Positions 14,195 through 26,830 of a stretch of DNA of 64,000 bases are shown in pieces (the first letter of the stretch is position 1; each line of letters opens with the position of its first letter). Where the stretch lies: the NCBI GenBank assembly GCA_964016885.1, contig OZ024742.1, positions 223,076,001-223,140,000 on the forward strand, read 5' to 3'. The notes under the pieces were generated by a model, which searched no databases, was not told the DNA's origin, and saw only the letters and a program-made list of their open reading frames with translations. Made by a program: the position numbers and the translations under genes. This DNA comes from Eledone cirrhosa. Taxonomy: Eukaryota.

Positions 14195-14440
14195 CAACAG
14201 TTTCTTATATATGGTAGCAGCTAGCATTTAAGGCCAGTTCCCTTGGTATTTTAATGACTCTGACAACCGGCTGTCTCTTATACAAGATTAGCAGCTAGCA
14301 TTTTAAGGCCTTTTTCTCTGGCATTCTAATGACTCTGTCAACTGGCTGTCTGTTATACAGTATAGAAGCTAGCATTTTAGGGCCATTTTCTTTGATGTTC
14401 TAATAACTCTGTCAACCAGTGTTTTAAGGTTATTTTCTTT
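14195..14440. repeat. About 74-bp tandem repeat, roughly 3 copies
   Basis: AGCTAGCATTT(T)A..GCC...TAATGACTCTG.CAAC recurs at about 14219, 14293 and 14367. Confidence 0.8.
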
Positions 14441-14579
14441 GCTAAAACAGGGGCTAGCCTTGCAAGCCTGATAAAAGGCTTCATAGACATCATGGGGTAT
14501 TTTTTGAGGTAGTGTTTTATAGCTGGATGTTTTTCCTTATGCCAAGCCTTTTAGTTGCTTCTTGCAACATGCAGGGATC

Positions 14580-15060
14580 CAGGGAACAAATTCTACACTG
14601 GATACACACAGCAATTTCTTAAACAGGATATGTGATGTTAAAGCCTATCATTGTAAGATTATAACTTTAGAAAGCTTCCATAGGTTGGTGGAATAGATCC
14701 GTGTAGAAAGATAGTTATTGAAGAATTTGGTTAGGATTACAGCCAGCTGAGGAGTGAGTGCACGATGGAGGAAAACACCATCAGGATAGGTTGCTTGGTT
14801 GAGCTGGAGTGACTAGAGAAGTCTTTGCACTTGGTGACTGTGCAGTTGAGGTTGGGAAGGGCTTAGTGTGTGTGTGTGTGCAGTGTGAAATTGGAAGCAA
14901 AACAAACAGTCAATGTCTGCTATTTATAGAACCATATTAATGTGGGTTGGAAGATCTGCACAGCTAGTAGTAGAGATCCTCTTGGCAAGGGACCAGAAGG
15001 CTCGCCTTGCAAACTGGGAACTGAGGCAGGTTGTAAGTCGTGCAGTGCATGAAAGCATCC
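14580..15060 (-). mobile_element. CR1/Rex1-group LINE RT N-terminal remnant
   Basis: Manual - strand translation: QATYPDGV...LTPQLAVILTKFFNNYL...LWKLSKVIILQ**ALTSH. This matches KAxGPDG..LA..L...FN..WK...PIALTS. Confidence 0.55.
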
Positions 15061-15355
15061 TTGGCTCTTAGTTGTTTTGTTGGTGGGGGTGGTGGTGATG
15101 GTGTTGTTGGTGGTGGCTGACTTCCTCCTGGTAATATAGAGGTAGTGTCGGTAGAGTAACCTTTTAGTGATATATTTCTAATGAAATACTGTATTTCAAT
15201 TAATTAAAGAAGAATTTTGAGGGATTTAAAATTATTAATTATTTCATTACTAAGATAGTATTTACAACATAACAAAAGATTCTTATCTAAAATTATGTTG
15301 GAAAGTTTTAATTTAAATAGGAATCCTTTAAAATGAATAGTTTTTCATAGGACCA

Positions 15356-15685
15356 TGGAGGCATATGGCTTAGTGGTTAGAGCATTGGCCTTGCAATCGA
15401 AAGGTTGTGAGTTCAATTCTCAGACTGGGTGATGTGTTGTTTCCTTGAGCAAGACACTTTATTTCACATTGCTCCAGTTTACTCAGCTGTAGAAATTAGA
15501 TGATAGGGACTGAGGTCCCTATCATTCCACTGCAAAGTGGTCGTGGAGGTGCCACGGCAAAAAAGCACCCAGCACTCACTGTAAATGAGGTTGGTGTTAG
15601 GAAGGGCATCCAGCTGTAGGAATCAAGCCAGAATCAGTTCCCCTCCCACTCTTGCAAGCAGGGAAAAGCGGACGTAAAATGATGA
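15356..15685 (+). mobile_element. Full-length SINE with tRNA head and RTE-type 3' tail, TSD AGGACCA
   Basis: Box A TGGCTTAGTGG, box B GAGTTCAATTC, tail GGACGTAAAATGATGA. AGGACCA at 15349-15355 and 15686-15692. Inserted in a TTAA-type MITE. Confidence 0.9.
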
Positions 15686-16748
15686 AGGACCAGAGCTGGT
15701 TTTGACCAGATTGGTATCAAAAGGTTTAAATATGGAGTTGGTGGTAGTTGTATTTTTTTCTGGTGGGTAAAAATTTAGTTAGTGGATGGATTTCTTCTGG
15801 TAGCATAAAGGTGGTAGTTGTGATGGCTGTTTTTTCATGGTGGTATAGAAGTGGTGTTTGAGATGGCTGGTTTTCTTATGGTAATATAAGGTTGGTGTTT
15901 GAGATGGCTGGCTTTCTTATGGTGACAATTGTAGTAGTGGTGGTGTTGTTGGTAGTTGTGATGGCTGGCTTTCTTCTAGTAAGCAGTGTTCATCATCATT
16001 GTGTTTGGTATGTTAAGAGTATGGCACCAGTCACCTCCTGTTTAGCTGTTTCAGGTGGACTAAAGCTGAGGTACGTTTGCTGCCAAACATCTTGATCATA
16101 CACCCACACGTTTTAGGTGGACCAAAGTTGAGGTATATTTATTACTAAAAGTATTGACCACACACACAGCCAGGTGTTTCAGGTGGACCAAAGGTGAAGT
16201 ACATACACCACTGACAGTATTGACCACACACATATACACCTGCTGGTGTTCAGCTCAGTTCATTAAGGTTGAATTGAGTTTGTAAAGAGGTTGTAGGTAG
16301 TGTTGAATTAAAGCATCTAAGGACCCCGAACTATAGAACATTAGAAGAGATCAATAAAGAGATCAATAAAATAAATACCAGACTTGAAAAAATAAGTACT
16401 GGAGTTATGATTAATTAAATTCTATCAAGGCAGTGCTGTAGCATGGCCATAGTCTAATAGTTGAAACCAGTACAAGAATAAAGGAATATATTTAAAATGG
16501 GACGAAGTAGGGGTGACTGTACTATGAGGCTCTAGGCTGAAGCTCACTTAGCCCTTACGTAAATTTACTGAGAAGGGGCCGCCTGCATTGAAAGGATGGT
16601 GGGTTGTCATGGTTACACAGGGGCCAATATATACTATTGGGTGCAGATGGTATGCAATATTTCAATGCTGGTTTTACATTCATTTCTGATAGAAGGAATA
16701 CAATTGTGTGTGTGTGTGTATGTGCATATGTGTGTGTATATGCACGTG

Positions 16749-16789
<41 letters not shown>

Positions 16790-16794
<5 letters not shown>

Positions 16795-17910
16795 AGAGTT
16801 TAGTGTAAAAGTTGGTGTTCATCAGGGCTCTGTTCTTAGCCCCCTACTATTTATTATTGCCCTTCAGGCTATAACAGTGGAGTTCAAGACCGGCTGCCCA
16901 TGGGAACTCCTATACGCAGATGATCTAACGCTCATAGCTGAATCAATGGCCGAGCTAGAGAAGAAATTCCAAACATGGAAGCACGGCCTAGAATCAAAAG
17001 GCCTTAAAATTAACCTGGCTAAGACTAAAGTTCTAGTTTGTAGGAAAGAAAATAAGGCGGTGGTCCCTTCCGGGAAATGGCCATGCTCAGTGTGTAGGAA
17101 AGGCGTAGGTAGAAACTCCATTTTATGTCCCAAATGCAAAGTATGGGTGCATAAAAGATGTAGTGGGATCACAGGTAAGCTAACTAAGAACATAGATTTT
17201 ACATGTGGCCGGTGCTCTGGTGCAATAAGTAGCAGCAAGTGCCCACAAAATACTAGCTCTTTCAATTGCGCAGAGGGTTCTATAGAAATAGTGGACAGCT
17301 TCCGTTACCTGGGTGACAAAATCAGCAGTGGGGGAGGATGCTCTGAAAGTACAGTAGCTAGAGTCAGAACTGGATGGAAAAAGTTCAGAGAGCTTATACC
17401 ACTATTAGCCGCTAAAGGGTTCTCCCTAAAAATGAAAGGCAGGTTGTATGATGCCTGCATACGAACAGCAATGTTGCATGGCAGTGAGACCTGGGCATTG
17501 TGTGCAGAGGATATACGCAGACTAGAGAGGAACGAAGCTTGCATGCTCCGCTGGATGTGTAATAGTAATATACGTGAACGGCAAAGCATAAACGAACTAA
17601 GGAAAAAATTAGAAATAAGAGGGATCAGATGTTGTTTACTCGAGAGAAGGCTACGTTGGTATGGTCACGTGATGCGCATGAAAGACGATAGCTGTATAAC
17701 AAAGTGCAGGGCAATAAAGATAGACGGTAGCTACGGAGTAGGCAGACCCAGAAAAACCTGGGACGAGCTGATAAATTCCGACCTCACACACTTACACCTC
17801 TCCAAGACAATGTCACTGGCCCGAGACCTTTGGCGGTACTCAGTAATAGAGAAGACCCGCCTTGCCTAAATACAAAGTAAAACATACCACAGTCAGTAGG
17901 CATCTCTAAC
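16790..17910 (+). mobile_element. 5'-truncated young RTE LINE (RT C-terminal half, open frame to 17869)
   Basis: GVHQGSVLSPLLF, LLYADD, KTKVL, FRYLG, RRLRWYGHVMRM, GRPRKTW. Starts abruptly after (TA)n. Confidence 0.95.
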
Positions 17911-18104
17911 AAAATACTATAATATCTCTCTTAGGAATAGACATACACACATTCACACAGGAATAGACTGTTACAAACAGCGGAAAGAGTTAGGCATCCT
18001 CTAAAGCAATATTCATAGCTGGAACACACATACACAAGCATCATATATATATATATATATATATATAATAGAGAGAGAGAGAGAGAGAGAGAGAGAAGAA
18101 ATTA

Positions 18105-18391
18105 AAAGATGGTTAAAAAAGTTCCATATATTTTATTATGCGCATTTCGAAAACAACATCATCCTGGGACAAAAATTGTGTTCTCATCAGATAAAATAAG
18201 GTAACATGATATGAGGCCTAAAAACACTTGTGAACAAGAAAGTGTCCAGTCTACATTTTTGTTCACAAGTGTTTTTAGGCCTCATATCATGTTACCTTAT
18301 TTTATCTGATGAGAACACAATTTTTGTCCCAGGATGATGTTGTTTTCGAAATGCGCATAATAAAATATATGGAACTTTTTTAACCATCTTT
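18105..18391. repeat. Perfect 133-bp inverted repeat with a 21-nt spacer
   Basis: 18105-18237 is the exact reverse complement of 18259-18391 (checked by eye). Confidence 0.95.
18298..18367 (+). ncRNA. Type I hammerhead ribozyme motif (mirror copy on - strand at 18129-18198)
   Basis: UAUUUUAU-CUGAUGA-GAAC...GUUUUC-GAA-AUGCGCAU-A-AUAAAAUA. Stem I is 8 bp, the core is intact, stem III is the palindrome AUGCGCAU, and the site is AUA. Confidence 0.8.
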
Positions 18392-18564
18392 ATATATACT
18401 CCAGTTATACCAACTGTTGAGTGCTACTTATCTGATATATATGCATAGTTTTATTGTTCTACAATATTACTCATCTCCTACATATATATATATATATAAT
18501 GGTAGAACACTGGAAGGTAATATCCGTAGTGGTAGAGCACTCAGTCCATGGGACGAGTTAGGTA

Positions 18565-18669
18565 GAAGTGGTTATACAACAGTTAGTTCACCAAACCGAG
18601 AACAATTGTTTCGCCTAAGGTGAAACAATTGTTCTCGGTATGGTGAACTAACTGTTGTGTAACCACTTC
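18565..18669. repeat. About 52-bp-arm fold-back centred next to a hammerhead 3' half
   Basis: GAAGTGGTTATACAACAG...AACAATTGTTTCGCCT / AGGTGAAACAATTGTT...AACCACTTC. Confidence 0.9.
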
Positions 18670-18753
18670 CAATAAATATATATATATATATAACGAAGTC
18701 CAGAAATAGCCGTCGAAACGGCTTGAGCTCTGCCGTCGGAGGTCATACATTTT

Positions 18754-18819
<66 letters not shown>

Positions 18820-19462
18820 TATATATAAACACATATATGTATATGTATATTCTCACACATATAATAGAAAAAAAGGAATTAAACCAGCTGATATGATCGA
18901 TATTACATATGAAGTATATATTTCTACAGATGTATCATTTTTCTATAGTTGAATTGCTAAGTAGCAACTAATTGTTCCACCACTGTTGCCCATATGGAAT
19001 GAACCTCTGCCGATTTTGACGGTGAGTGTTCCAGTTTTTTTTTATCAATGGAACAGCCTACTTATGAAATGAATCTGTAGAAGGTTGGCCATTCCACAGA
19101 TGTGTAACCGTAACGTAATTTTTAGAGAGATTCAGCCACACACGGCTGGTCCAGTGAATTACTAGTCAAGTTCATCTTGTATTGTAGTGCATGTAGTTGA
19201 GCACTCCACAGATACATGTATCCATAGCCATAATTTTCAAATTATTATTTTAATAAACAAAATTGGCCTATTTTAAATTTTCTAAACTTCAGACTGAGTT
19301 TAATTATTATTAAAAACCAACAAAAACGTACAAATCCAAAATCGAGAAATTTCCTCTCTGGGGGTACAGTTGTCTGAGATTGGGAACCCCTGATGTAGGC
19401 TAATTTATTGAATATAATTTACTAAAATACAATCAATAGAAAGTAATCAGAGCAAAGAAAGC

Positions 19463-19494
<32 letters not shown>

Positions 19495-19853
19495 ACACAA
19501 CAACAAAAAAACAAAATAAAAAACAACAACAAAACAACAAAAAACAAAACCCACGAGATGCACACTCAATTACACACTACAACAGGGAATGTTGGTGTTT
19601 CCTTCTAAAAATGTTAACATGACTGCACCTTTGAATTACATGTACAGCCCATCCAATGGTCTTCTACACAGTTTCTGCTTATCAAATTTCATTCAAAAGG
19701 TATTGGTAAACTCGAAGTTATGGTTGAAGACACTTGCTCCAGGTGCTGAAACCATGTTCTTGCAAAGTGAACTCTTAAATGACACAGTCGACTCTATTTG
19801 CATGTTTGTGATCCCAATTGAAGAATTACATACAGGTCACACGAAACCATACT

Positions 19854-20124
19854 AGCAAGCCATTCTTGAAAAGTACAAAACAACACAGTGACTGCATCTC
19901 ATTGAAAATTAAAGTCTTTACTGTACTACTGCAAATTTTCGCAATGATCTGTTCAATTAGTAACGATATTATAAACATTTGAATTAACAAACCACATTAG
20001 CAAGACATCCGTGAAAAGTACAAAACAGCGCTATAATTGCATATCATTAAAAACTAAATCTTTAGTTGCAAATTTTCACAACAATCTTTCCAGTTATAAA
20101 GATACTATAAACATTTGAATTAAT
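19854..20124. repeat. Two-copy tandem duplication, unit about 144 bp
   Basis: TAGCAAG...TGAAAAGTACAAAACA...TATAAACATTTGAATTAA at 19854 and 19998. Confidence 0.85.
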
Positions 20125-20428
20125 AAATTTGCTTTTAGATAATTTTAGCTAAATCATTACAGGATGTAGGTGAGTGTGGAGTTAGTGAGAATGTGTGTGA
20201 TAGGGCTCTGAAGGCCACCGGCTCACCAATTAAAATCTTTTTTTATCTATTCTAACAGACAGTTTTAGTAATTTAGAAGGCTGTGGGTGTCGAAGCGTTG
20301 TTATGATTTTTATCAGTTACCGGCTTCCGTAGTTTACTACTTATTTACGTAAACTTCACGTTGACGTACGTTAAGTTCTAACCAATTCTATTTTTGCTCC
20401 TGGAAGTCTGAAGAATGTATTGTGTGTA

Positions 20429-20475
<47 letters not shown>

Positions 20476-20641
20476 GCGATAACAAATTATTGTTATAGGT
20501 AGTCCACTTAGATGTAGTCCAGTTAGTATACTCCGAGTAGTGGATAGTATTAACGCTTGGCTAAGTTTGACTCAACAAGACGTTTCCATAGTGATGCTGC
20601 GAGTACGCAGTGATTTCTATGTAGTTGGAGTAATAATAAAA

Positions 20642-20846
20642 CAAGAAAGAAGAGTGACATGGTTTGCTATACAATAAAGGCTTTATTCACATTGCTGACA
20701 ATTGTTTCTCTGAACTGGTAGGGCTAGAGATCGCTACCCGCCTGTTTTTGCAGCGATCTCTTAGACCTACGAGTTCAGAGAAACAATTGTCAGCAATGTG
20801 AATAAAGCCCTTATTGTATAACAAACCATGTCACTCTTCTTTCTTG
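20642..20846. repeat. About 95-bp-arm fold-back with a hammerhead 3' half (GAAACAATTGTC) in each arm
   Basis: CAAGAAAGAAGAGTGACATGG ... CCATGTCACTCTTCTTTCTTG; few mismatches. Confidence 0.9.
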
Positions 20847-21389
20847 ATATATATATGTGTGTGTGTATGTATGTGTATGTATGTGTGTGTGTATGTATGT
20901 GTGTGTAGGTATGTGTGTGTGTATGTATGTATATGTGTGTATGTATATATATATGTGTATGTATGTATATATGTGTGTGTATGTATGTGTATGTATGTGT
21001 GTGTGTATGTATGTGTGTGTGTGTGTAGGTATGTATGTGTGTGTGTAGGTATGTATGTGTGTGTGTATGTATATGTGTGTGTGTGTATGTATGTATATAT
21101 ATGTGTGTGTGTGTGTGTATGTATGTATATATATGTGTGTGTGTGTGTGTATGTATGTATATATGTGTGTATGTATGTATATATGTGTGTATGTATGTAT
21201 ATATGTGCGTGTGTATGTATGTATGTGTGTATGTATGTATGTGTGTGTATGTATGTATGTGTGTGTATGTATGTATGTGTGTGTATGTATGTATATATAT
21301 GTGTGTGTATGTATGTATGTATATATGTGTGTGTGTATGTATGTATGTATATATGTGTGTGTGTGTATGTATGTATATATATATGTGTG

Positions 21390-21430
<41 letters not shown>

Positions 21431-21521
21431 ATGTATGTATATATATATGTATGTGTGTATGTATATATATATATATGTGTGTATGTATGTGTATATATAT
21501 ATATATATATATGTGTGTATG

Positions 21522-21566
<45 letters not shown>

Positions 21567-21615
21567 GTATATATATATATGTATGTATGTGTGTGTGTGT
21601 ATGTCTATATATATA

Positions 21616-21650
<35 letters not shown>

Positions 21651-21891
21651 GTGTATGTATGTATGTGTATATATATATATATATATATGTGTATGTATGT
21701 ATGTGTATATATATATATATATATATGTGTATGTATGTATGTGTATATATATATATATATATATATGTGTATGTATGTATGTATGTGTATATATATATAT
21801 ATATATGTGTATGTATGGATGTATGTGTATATATATATATATATATATGTGTATGTATGTATGTATATATATATATGTGTGTGTGTATGTG

Positions 21892-21922
<31 letters not shown>

Positions 21923-21949
21923 GTGTGTGTGTATGTCTATATATATATA

Positions 21950-21982
<33 letters not shown>

Positions 21983-22083
21983 GTGTGTATGTATGTATGT
22001 ATGTGTATATATATATATATATGTGTATGTATGGATGTATGTGTATATATATATATATATATATGTGTATGTATGTATGTATG

Positions 22084-22130
<47 letters not shown>
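20847..22130. repeat. About 1.3-kb compound TA/TG/TATG microsatellite
   Basis: Directly visible; it explains the three 365-444 aa CVYM ORFs. Confidence 0.97.
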
Positions 22131-22803
22131 AAGTATTCTGGAGGATGAGAGTTCAGAGGATGGTATGATGATATTAGCCGGAAGTTATTCTTATTGTAAC
22201 ATTACACTTTTCATCGTTGTTCTTGTTGTTGCTGTTGTTGATTGTGTTGTTGCTGCTATTATTAGATTAAGAGCGTAAGCACTGATAGAAGTTGGTATTT
22301 CTGGATAGATATATACTTAGTAATTCTACAATTTCTCCTCTATCTAGTCATTTATGCTATTATCTCAACTGAGAGATGTATTAGATTAAACTCCCACACA
22401 CCCACCTACCAACACACACCTGGCCATAAAATATTAATTCCTCATCAGAAATACGAAGTAAACATTGAAATTAAATTGGATATTTTGCTGTAGTTAAAAT
22501 AAAATATCGATTGACTAAACGAATTGTTAGTCACTATAATATAGCGTTTGTTAACCCGTTTCAATGCTGTTGCTAATATGAAGACCACCCAAGGAGCAGA
22601 CCTCGAAAGTGGCATTACTGAACCTTTTATACAAATTTGTATAATCATATTGCATATATAAGTTCCTACAATCAATGAATAAAATGGTAAACAAGTTTGC
22701 AGCATAGTACATTGTAGGCTCTAAATATCCAGACACACATTGTAGAGCTAGCTTAGGGTGCTAAATAATAAGGCACTGGCTCTGGCCCTATATATATATA
22801 TAT

Positions 22804-23228
22804 CAGGGGCGAAGGATCCGTGCATGCAACGCTTGCAGTACATGCGTTATAGAATCTTGAGTTGATCAATTGCGTCGGTTGAAGCAAGCAGAATTTTGGC
22901 TGCTTACTAAAATGTATAGACACGAAAAAAGATAACACACACACGCACAAACACATACACACAAACACATACACACAAACACACACGCACAAACACATAC
23001 ACACAAACACATACACACAAACACACGACAGCTTTGGGGCAAGCAGAATTTTGACTGCTTACTAAATGGTAGACACATAAAGATAACACACACACATACA
23101 CACACTAGATAACACTACATGCGGCTTTGAGGGAATTCGGGGGGGGGGGGGGTAAGGCTGCACAGCCCCACTTTCCGCCATGGCGATTGGACTGCATGCC
23201 CTGCTTTCCAGGTTACCCTTCACCACTG
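22804..23228. mobile_element. MITE with CAG-terminal inverted repeats (hAT-like) inside (TA)n
   Basis: Left end CAGGGGCGAAGG; right-end reverse complement CAGTGGTGAAGG. Internal direct duplication AAGCAGAATTTTGRCTGCTTACTAAA. Confidence 0.6.
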
Positions 23229-24449
23229 ATATATATATATATATAGCAGTAATTTGATGCTCTCCTCAATAGTTTCTTTCACACTATCAAGTGGCCACCA
23301 TTAAAATGACCAATATGTCATAGATTTTGACATAGGAAATGGCCATCTGCTTATTCTTGTTCCGTAGATGGATTGAGCGATAGTGATATTATAGCTGGCT
23401 CTCAGAGTCAAATAGAATGGTTGCGGAGTTGATTCTGAGCAGTTAAGATGTAGTCCACTGTCTCCACCACAACAACTTAACCCTTTAGCATTGAAACTGG
23501 CTATATCCGGGCAGAATTCTCTCACCTCTTTCTGTTCAATCTGGCTGCTCATACTTATATTAAGGTATTATCTTCAAAATAAATAATATCAAAATCTCTT
23601 TGTTTCGATATTATGAGAGATAATTATGTGAAATAAAGTTTACTGTGAAAACACAATAGTAAGGATTCGATTGACTTTCGTCAAATCGGACCGAGGAAAC
23701 AATGTTTCCGTTGGTCTTTCCAATTGCTAATACTATCTATCGGTCGCAACTCCAGGTAGAAGGAGCAATGTGAAATAAAGTGTCTTACTCAAGGACATAA
23801 GGCATCACCCGGTCCAGGAATTGAAATGACAACCTCACGATTGCGAATCCAACCACATGCCTTCATGCAATAGTAAATATAGAGTAATGTAAATACTAAA
23901 CGGTTAAGCCTTGCTTTCTTATATTGTCAACAATAGCCTCGTATCAGATTATTAAATTAATAAATATATTTAAATAACGATCATGTTTTATTTGTTCATT
24001 CAATGGCATTTCAACAGCGCTATATATGGGACAGATCTACTCTATACATAATCAGCCATCAAGCAAACAACATTATTACTTCAACATCTGCCACACCAAA
24101 GTAAATAACGAACAATAATGCCAAACCGAGACCAAAACTATCTCTTCCACTACATCAATATATACTCCATTGCTACATATTATCATCGTTTTTATGTTGA
24201 TTTTTTCATGCTGGCATGGGTTGAACGAGATTTTGTGAGGCAATCAATGTTTTACAGTTGGCTGCCCTTCCTGACACCAAACCTTTTAGTCGTTTCTTAT
24301 ATGATGCTGGTATATGGTGTGCCTATTCTAAACTGGCGAGAAACATACATATCGAGCGTTAAATGAATATATTTCTTCATTATACTGTATTGTTTCCGTT
24401 TATCTTTCGCATATATATATATATATATGTGAAAGGTAAACGAAAATAA

Positions 24450-24482
<33 letters not shown>

Positions 24483-24814
24483 TATACTCACACACACACA
24501 CACATATACATACATATATAAGAGAGAGAGAGAGAGATTGAGGTGTGTGTGTGATTTCAATTTTTAGTGTATAATTTGCATACAGCTGTTACTAAACTCT
24601 ATTTTAGTAAATATATATATATAAAATTATATTGCTAGCAGGAAAAACAACCATTAATTGATGATGATATACATAAAACTATGAAAAAATATGAGTTAGT
24701 GCTTTTATCTATTTAGATTTTATGTATTCTATATAAAATTTATAAATTCAAATTGTTTTGAAAAAATGTAATCAGGTTTAAAATGAAATACATAATGTGT
24801 GTGTATGTATGACT

Positions 24815-25110
24815 ATTGAAAGCTGAAAATAGGCTAAGGCCAAATGTAAGATGTAACCCTTCTCTTCCAAGGCTGGTAATAGGCCCAGACCAAATGTTAA
24901 ATATAGGCACCTTCAAAGCTAGTAATAAGCTGAGGCCAGATGTTAAATATAGGCCCCTAAAGCTGTTAATAGACTCAGGTCAGATCTAGGACATATACCC
25001 CCAAAGCTGGCAATAGACCCAGTTTAGATGTTAAAGCCAGCCCTCCCAAAGCTGGTAATTGATTCAGGTCAGATGTGAAATGTAGGCCCTAAAGCTGATA
25101 ATTGACTCAA
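24815..25110. repeat. About 44-bp minisatellite (resumes at about 25570-25720)
   Basis: AAAGCTGGTAATAGRCYCAGRYCAGATGTTAAA units. Confidence 0.8.
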
Positions 25111-26699
25111 GTAGGCTACATTTAAACAGCTCATTAAGTATTTCAGTAATGAATGCTAAATACATATGATTTATGTATAAGTGCAAATGATCAATTAGAG
25201 GGACAATGAACATCTAGCAGCATGACATTGTCATGTCACCTGCTGCTTTCGATGTTGTACCTTTATAGATAGGTGTGACCTAGTGGTTAGAATGTTGGGC
25301 TCATGATCACAATGTCGTGAGTTCGCTTGCTGGATTGGAAGGTACATTATGTTCTTGAGCAAGACTCTTCATCTCACGTTGCTCCAGTCTACTTAGCTGA
25401 AACTGAATACCAACAGCTGCTGGGGGTTAATCTTATGATAGACTAAAAAATAACAGCTGCTGTTTTTATTTGTATAGACTTTGTTTTCTAGATGGAATAT
25501 ATAAATTTATTAATTTTTTTAACATGTCATCTGTTTTAAAATGAAATATGTGTGCAAACCTGTACAAATATGATAATAGACCCAAGCCATATGTAAAATA
25601 TAGGCTCTCACCTAATGTAGGCCTCATCCTAAAGCAGGTAATAGGCCTCTAGGCCTGTTGTAAAATGTTGGCGCCTCACAAAGCTGGTAATAGATCCTGG
25701 CAAGATGTTAAATGTAAGTTTCCCTCACCTATCCACCACCATTGAAACTGGGATATGGTCCAACCTAGTCAGCTTTTGAGTTTGGGTCAGATTTTAAACT
25801 AGGCTAGGAAATGTGTCAACTTTGAGATCGAATGACAAACATCTGGAAACAATGATGGGCAGAGTTAATCAACCACAGTAACAAAATCAGAATTAGCTTT
25901 AGTAATACATTTCTGGAAATTCAACCTCACAAGACTTTTGAGTAAAATTGGGTAGAGAGAAACTGTGTGGAAACCCGTTAGATGAATTGTACTTGTAATT
26001 CAGAGGTCCATCTTAACCCAAGCCTTATGAGTGAGATTAGGTAGACAGAAAACTGTGTAATCCTGTTGGATAGATTGTACCTGTAATTTGAAGGGTCAGC
26101 CATGTCACATATTTTGTCTGAAGAGAGAGAGAGAGAAAGGGTGTGTATACTTTACTAAAAACACCAATTCAAGGATGTATTTGGTTAAACTAGTAGAGAA
26201 TTAATAGAATATATAATGTAGTCTAGAAACTAGTGAAACTTTCCACTTTCAAGGTTTTTCCTTTTAATTTTGTTGAGAGATATTTTGGTTTGTGTAATGA
26301 CATTGCACAAGACCGAATGAGAAACAGTAAATTAAAATAAGACAACTAAGGTGAAATATATATAATTAGTGATAGTACTGTTGCTTGTTTCCTCAGGATT
26401 AGTGCTGTGTTGGTCTTTTACTTATTGATATAATTGTTGGACAAACAGACTGCAACAACATAGGGTCCTGTTGAGGATTTGTCAACTTTTGGTATTGGAG
26501 TGAGAATAAAATGCTCTCAGTATACTCTGTAAAGTGGTTGGTAATCAAATGATATATACATCATCATCATTTTTACGTCCATTATTCCACACTTGCGTGA
26601 GTTGGATGGGTCCTTCTTTCCACTTTTCGCATTCCATATATATATAAAAACATTTCCGATTCCGCCCTGCCCGTCCATTCAATCTTTCTAATTTCTCAT

Positions 26700-26830
26700 T
26701 TTTTCTTCTGATGAAGGACTAGCGTCCGAAACCTTAAGACCCTCTTCTTGCTATTTCAAGCGTTAAACTAATATATTCCTTCCATATACTATACTGATTG
26801 TGTTGTTATTTCTGTTTACCTTTTACATAC
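26700..26830 (+). mobile_element. Penelope pLTR-like fragment with mutated hammerhead
   Basis: UCUU-CUGAUGA-A-GGAC-UAGC-GUCC-GAAACCUU-AAGA (26704-26739). Core and stem II are intact; stem III and the cleavage triplet are non-canonical. Confidence 0.65.

Noticed and set aside
15357-15430. tRNA-like sequence with A and B boxes
   Set aside because: SINE head: no proper acceptor stem, and it runs into a SINE body with a TSD.
16604-16790. ATG-initiated N-terminus of the 421-aa ORF
   Set aside because: Chance read-through across unique DNA and a (TG)/(TA) tract into a truncated RTE; the same applies to the N-terminus of the 408-aa ORF at 39580-39856.
20205-20305. CTGAAGG...CGAAGCGTTG, hammerhead-like spacing
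   Set aside because: Both core halves deviate from consensus.
20814-22278. 365-444 aa ORFs rich in C, V, Y, M and I
   Set aside because: Translations of a stop-free TA/TG microsatellite, not genes.
22320-22455. Possible hammerhead with a very long stem II (- strand CUGAUGA...GAAAUUGUA)
   Set aside because: Stems I and II do not pair convincingly; it may be a decayed pLTR but I cannot support it.
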